Of a stretch of 64,000 bases of DNA, positions 61,143 through 64,000 are shown piece after piece. Numbering within the stretch: position 1 is the stretch's first letter; each line of letters opens with the position of its first letter. The notes beneath the pieces are model-generated. The model saw only the letters and a program-made list of their open reading frames with translations. It ran no database searches and had not been told where the DNA came from. Both the position numbers and the translations under genes were made by a program. The stretch is from Vulcanimicrobiota bacterium (GTDB lineage Bacteria > Vulcanimicrobiota > Vulcanimicrobiia > Vulcanimicrobiales > Vulcanimicrobiaceae), in assembly GCA_963833095.1 (NCBI GenBank), contig CAWHWQ010000001.1:224001-288000 (forward strand), in the 5' to 3' direction.

Positions 61143-62160
61143 ACGCGTGTACGCCGGCCGCGCTGCCGTTGCTCGAGTACTTACTTGCTATTTCTTTGGT
61201 GAGCGTTGCGACGCGGTCGCGGACATCGGGCGGACCGAGAATCTCGGCCTGCGCGCCCCAGCCCAATACCCACCGCGCAAGTTCGTCGGCATCGCTCACG
61301 CGATATTCGATCTCGACGCCGCCGTCATCCAAACGCTCGATCTGGCGCTCGGCAATGACGCGCGCGGCAATCGCCGCCTTTGCGACGCGGGAGGCGAAGC
61401 GCACGCGCACGGGCGTTGCCGGCGCTCCGTGCATCACGCCGCTGATCGAATCCGAGGCAAACACATCGACGTCAAAATCGTGCGGCTTGGTGAAGGTTTG
61501 CGCGGTCACGTGCACGTCGCTGACGTTATCGATCGCGAAGACGCGCTTATCGTGACGCGCATGATCGTACGCAACGCAGTAGATGCGACCGGAACTCACG
61601 ATGAAGCCGTACGGGTCGGCTTCGCGCCTGCTGCGAGTCCCTTCTTTGTCCTGATAGACGAATTGCACGCTGCGTGAGGAGCGCTCGGCGGCGGCAAACA
61701 GACTGAACGCGCGCTCGCCGTGTTCGTCGAGCTGAATTTCGGAAAGGCGAAACGAGACCGGTGATGGCGCATCGACCTGCGCGCGAACGGCGTTGCGCGT
61801 GGAGCCCAGCAGCTTGTCGGTAATCTCGTCGATCGACGCGCCGATTGCGCCGCCGATCGAGGCGCCGAACGAACGCAAGGCGACCAAACCGAACAGCTCG
61901 CCGTTCGAGAGATCGAGGCGGCGCAGGCTGTAGCCCGCGGCAAAGCGATACGCGTTGGTCGCACGGTCGAAATACCAGGGGAAACCGGCATCGGCCAGCA
62001 CCGCAAGGTAGCGGCGCAGGCTGCGGGTGCTCGGGCGCTTGGTGCCCTCGGCGATCCGGTCCTTGAGGCTTTCGAAGGAGTGCCGTCCCTCGTCGATAGC
62101 GCTCAAAAGCCGGACCAGCAGCACGATCTTGGGTTCCGTTGTACGTTCCACTGATTCCAT
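61141..62160 (-). CDS. HTH-WYL-WCX transcriptional regulator (PafB/YafY-like)
   Basis: N-terminal HTH STRSLRRYLAVLADAGFP; WYL domain FVY...READPYG...IYCVAYD...RVFAIDNV; WCX ELARWVLGWGAQAEILGPP. Confidence 0.92.
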   Translation of the reverse strand: MESVERTTEPKIVLLVRLLSAIDEGRHSFESLKDRIAEGTKRPSTRSLRRYLAVLADAGFPWYFDRATNAYRFAAGYSLRRLDLSNGELFGLVALRSFGASIGGAIGASIDEITDKLLGSTRNAVRAQVDAPSPVSFRLSEIQLDEHGERAFSLFAAAERSSRSVQFVYQDKEGTRSRREADPYGFIVSSGRIYCVAYDHARHDKRVFAIDNVSDVHVTAQTFTKPHDFDVDVFASDSISGVMHGAPATPVRVRFASRVAKAAIAARVIAERQIERLDDGGVEIEYRVSDADELARWVLGWGAQAEILGPPDVRDRVATLTKEIASKYSSNGSAAGVHA

Positions 62161-62261
62161 ACTCTAGCGTAGATCGTCGCGTCGTGGTGTGCCAACTGCT
62201 CGGCCTAGTGCTCAAATTTCAATCAATTCGGAGGCTAGACAGCCGTGTTAGAATGGACGCC

Positions 62262-62879
62262 ATGCTCGACGTCGCCGTGCCCCCCCAGGTCGCAGCCGAT
62301 CTCGCCGCTATCGGCCGGTTCGCCGCCGCGCGCGGCTGGGTGCCCGCGACCAGTGGAAATTTCTCGTGCCGCGTCGATGCGACCCATGCCGCCGTCACGC
62401 GCTCGGGGATCGACAAGGGAAACATCCGCCCCGAGGACCTGATCGTTGTGCCCCTCGCCGGGGAGCTTCCGGCCGGCGTCTCAGCCGAGACACCGCTGCA
62501 CGTCGCCCGCTATCGCCGTGAAGCCGGGGTCGGGGCGATCGTCCATGTCCATACCGTCGCCGCCACCGTCCTTTCGCGCGCCGATGCCGCTCGCGGGTTC
62601 GTCGAACTCGACGGCTTCGAAATGCACAAGAGCCTGCGCGGCGTAACCACCCACGAGAGCACGCTGCATCTGCCGATCTTTGCCAACGATCAGGACACCA
62701 GCCGCCTGGCCGACCGCATCGAGAGCAGCTTGGCGGCCGAATCGCCGGTGCCCGGATACCTGCTGGCGGGACACGGGTTGTACGCGTGGGGAGCCACGAT
62801 GGCAGATGCCCAGCGCCATCTCGAGGGACTCGAATTCTTACTCCAGTGTTCATTAGAGGAACGGAGACTACGCCGATGA
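62262..62879 (+). CDS. mtnB: Methylthioribulose-1-phosphate dehydratase
   Basis: GWVPATSGNFS, SGIDKG, SAETPLH, HVH, GFEMHKSLRGVTTH, GHGLYAWG. Confidence 0.95.
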   Translation: MLDVAVPPQVAADLAAIGRFAAARGWVPATSGNFSCRVDATHAAVTRSGIDKGNIRPEDLIVVPLAGELPAGVSAETPLHVARYRREAGVGAIVHVHTVAATVLSRADAARGFVELDGFEMHKSLRGVTTHESTLHLPIFANDQDTSRLADRIESSLAAESPVPGYLLAGHGLYAWGATMADAQRHLEGLEFLLQCSLEERRLRR

Positions 62880-63433
62880 CCACGACCCTAACCAGCACGC
62901 TTCGCGTCTATGACGACGAGCGTCCCGAGACGCTTGTGCTTGAGACGAGCGACGGCGAGCGCATTGCCGACGAGCTGCGCGCGCTCGGCGTGCGCTTTGA
63001 GCGTTGGGCCGCAGACGCGCAGTTGCCCAAGGGCGCCGACCAGCAAACGGTCATCGATGCGTATCGCCGTTCGATCGACAAACTTGTCGCCGAGTGCGGC
63101 TATCAAACGATGGACGTGATTCGTCTGGAACGCGGTACGCCGAACACCGAGCCGATGCGCAAAAAGTTCCTCGACGAACATCAACACTCTGAAGACGAAG
63201 TGCGCTTCTTCGTCGAAGGCCGCGGCGCGTTCTACCTTCACGTCAACGGACGCGTCTATCAAACCGTCTGCGTCAAGGGCGACTTGATCAGCGTCCCGGC
63301 CGGGACCAAGCACTGGTTCGATATGGGCGCGGATCCCGAGTTCACAGCGATTCGCCTCTTCAACAACCAGGAAGGCTGGGTCGCCAACTTTACCGGCGAC
63401 CCCATCGCAAGCGGTTTCCCCAAGCTCGATTAA
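62876..63433 (+). CDS. mtnD: Acireductone dioxygenase
   Basis: GVRFERW, KFLDEHQHSEDEVRFFVEGRG, SVPAGTKHWFDMG, GWVANFTG. Confidence 0.96.
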   Translation: MTTTLTSTLRVYDDERPETLVLETSDGERIADELRALGVRFERWAADAQLPKGADQQTVIDAYRRSIDKLVAECGYQTMDVIRLERGTPNTEPMRKKFLDEHQHSEDEVRFFVEGRGAFYLHVNGRVYQTVCVKGDLISVPAGTKHWFDMGADPEFTAIRLFNNQEGWVANFTGDPIASGFPKLD

Positions 63434-63498
63434 CAGGGTTCAGCTTTGCTGAACCCGTGGTGTTCGGGCTTCGCCCGATCCGCAGCGAGGATGCGATA

Positions 63499-64000
63499 TT
63501 GAAGTTTAGAGCTCGTACGGCGCTGATCGATATCGAAGGAACGATCGGCTCGATCGCTTTTGTGCGTGACGTGCTCTTTCCGTTTGCCGCGCTGCGCATG
63601 GATGCATACGTGCGCGAGCACGAGCGCGATCCCGCGGTGCGCGAGATCCTCGACCAAACCGCCGTCGAAGCTGACGTTGCGCGCGGCGACCTCGACGGAC
63701 TGCTCGAGGCGCTGCACGACTGGGCCGATCGCGACGTCAAGGTGACGCCGCTCAAAGCGCTCCAGGGATTGATTTGGGTCGAGGGATTCGAATCCAGCGG
63801 TATCCAGGGCCACCTGTATCGCGATGCGATCGACGCGCTGCGCCGCTTCTACGACGCCGGCGTCGCGTTATACGTCTACTCGTCGGGCTCGGTTCCCGCG
63901 CAGAAGCTGCTCTTCGGTCACAGCATCGCGGGCGATTTACTTCCGCTCTTTTCAGGCTTCTACGACACGACGATCGGTCCGAAGCGCGAAGCCTCTTCCT
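63499..64000 (+). CDS. mtnC: Enolase-phosphatase E1 (acireductone synthase); runs off the window end
   Basis: TTG start; LIDIEGTIGSIAFVRDVLFPFA, DRDVKVTPLKALQGLIW, YVYSSGSVPAQKLLFG, DTTIGPKRE. Confidence 0.95.
   Translation, partial: MKFRARTALIDIEGTIGSIAFVRDVLFPFAALRMDAYVREHERDPAVREILDQTAVEADVARGDLDGLLEALHDWADRDVKVTPLKALQGLIWVEGFESSGIQGHLYRDAIDALRRFYDAGVALYVYSSGSVPAQKLLFGHSIAGDLLPLFSGFYDTTIGPKREASS

Noticed and set aside
1..64000. CRISPR array, prophage, transposase or defence island linked to the WYL gene
   Set aside because: No repeat-spacer array, integrase, transposase or recognisable defence genes were seen; the WYL gene is flanked by hut and mtn metabolic genes

Overview
This is a high-GC bacterial chromosomal window, mostly housekeeping genes. 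It has Bacillota-like gene order (PIN/TRAM-ispD-ispF-[gltX position]-cysE-cysS-rlmB; rpe...rpmB/DAK2-plsX; cmk-plsC-ispH) but also encodes a TolC outer-membrane channel. My inference is a diderm Terrabacteria lineage such as Ca. Eremiobacterota; this was not verified. Other contents are a fatty-acid kinase cluster, a pentose-phosphate operon (tkt, tal-pgi, gnd, zwf, opcA, pgl), a tripartite MFS efflux operon, dispersed histidine-utilisation genes (hutH, hutU, hutI, hutF-like, formiminotransferase) and methionine-salvage genes (mtnB, mtnD, mtnC). Several blocks carry many indels, including in normally essential genes, which most likely reflects unpolished long-read assembly. The strongest candidates for undescribed biology are: (1) a ~200-nt structured intergenic RNA (60941-61142) with its own promoter and terminator, preceded by three DnaA-box-like 9-mers at exact 21-bp spacing and convergent with a WYL regulator whose ligand motif is atypical; (2) a stand-alone glutamyl-tRNA-synthetase anticodon-binding domain at the ancestral gltX position; (3) a nested inverted-repeat element upstream of cysE; (4) a structured leader upstream of hutU; (5) a kinase-less PASTA protein with a probable CTG start. 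I found no CRISPR array, tRNA, rRNA or transposase. All structures were paired by eye; no database search or folding program was run.
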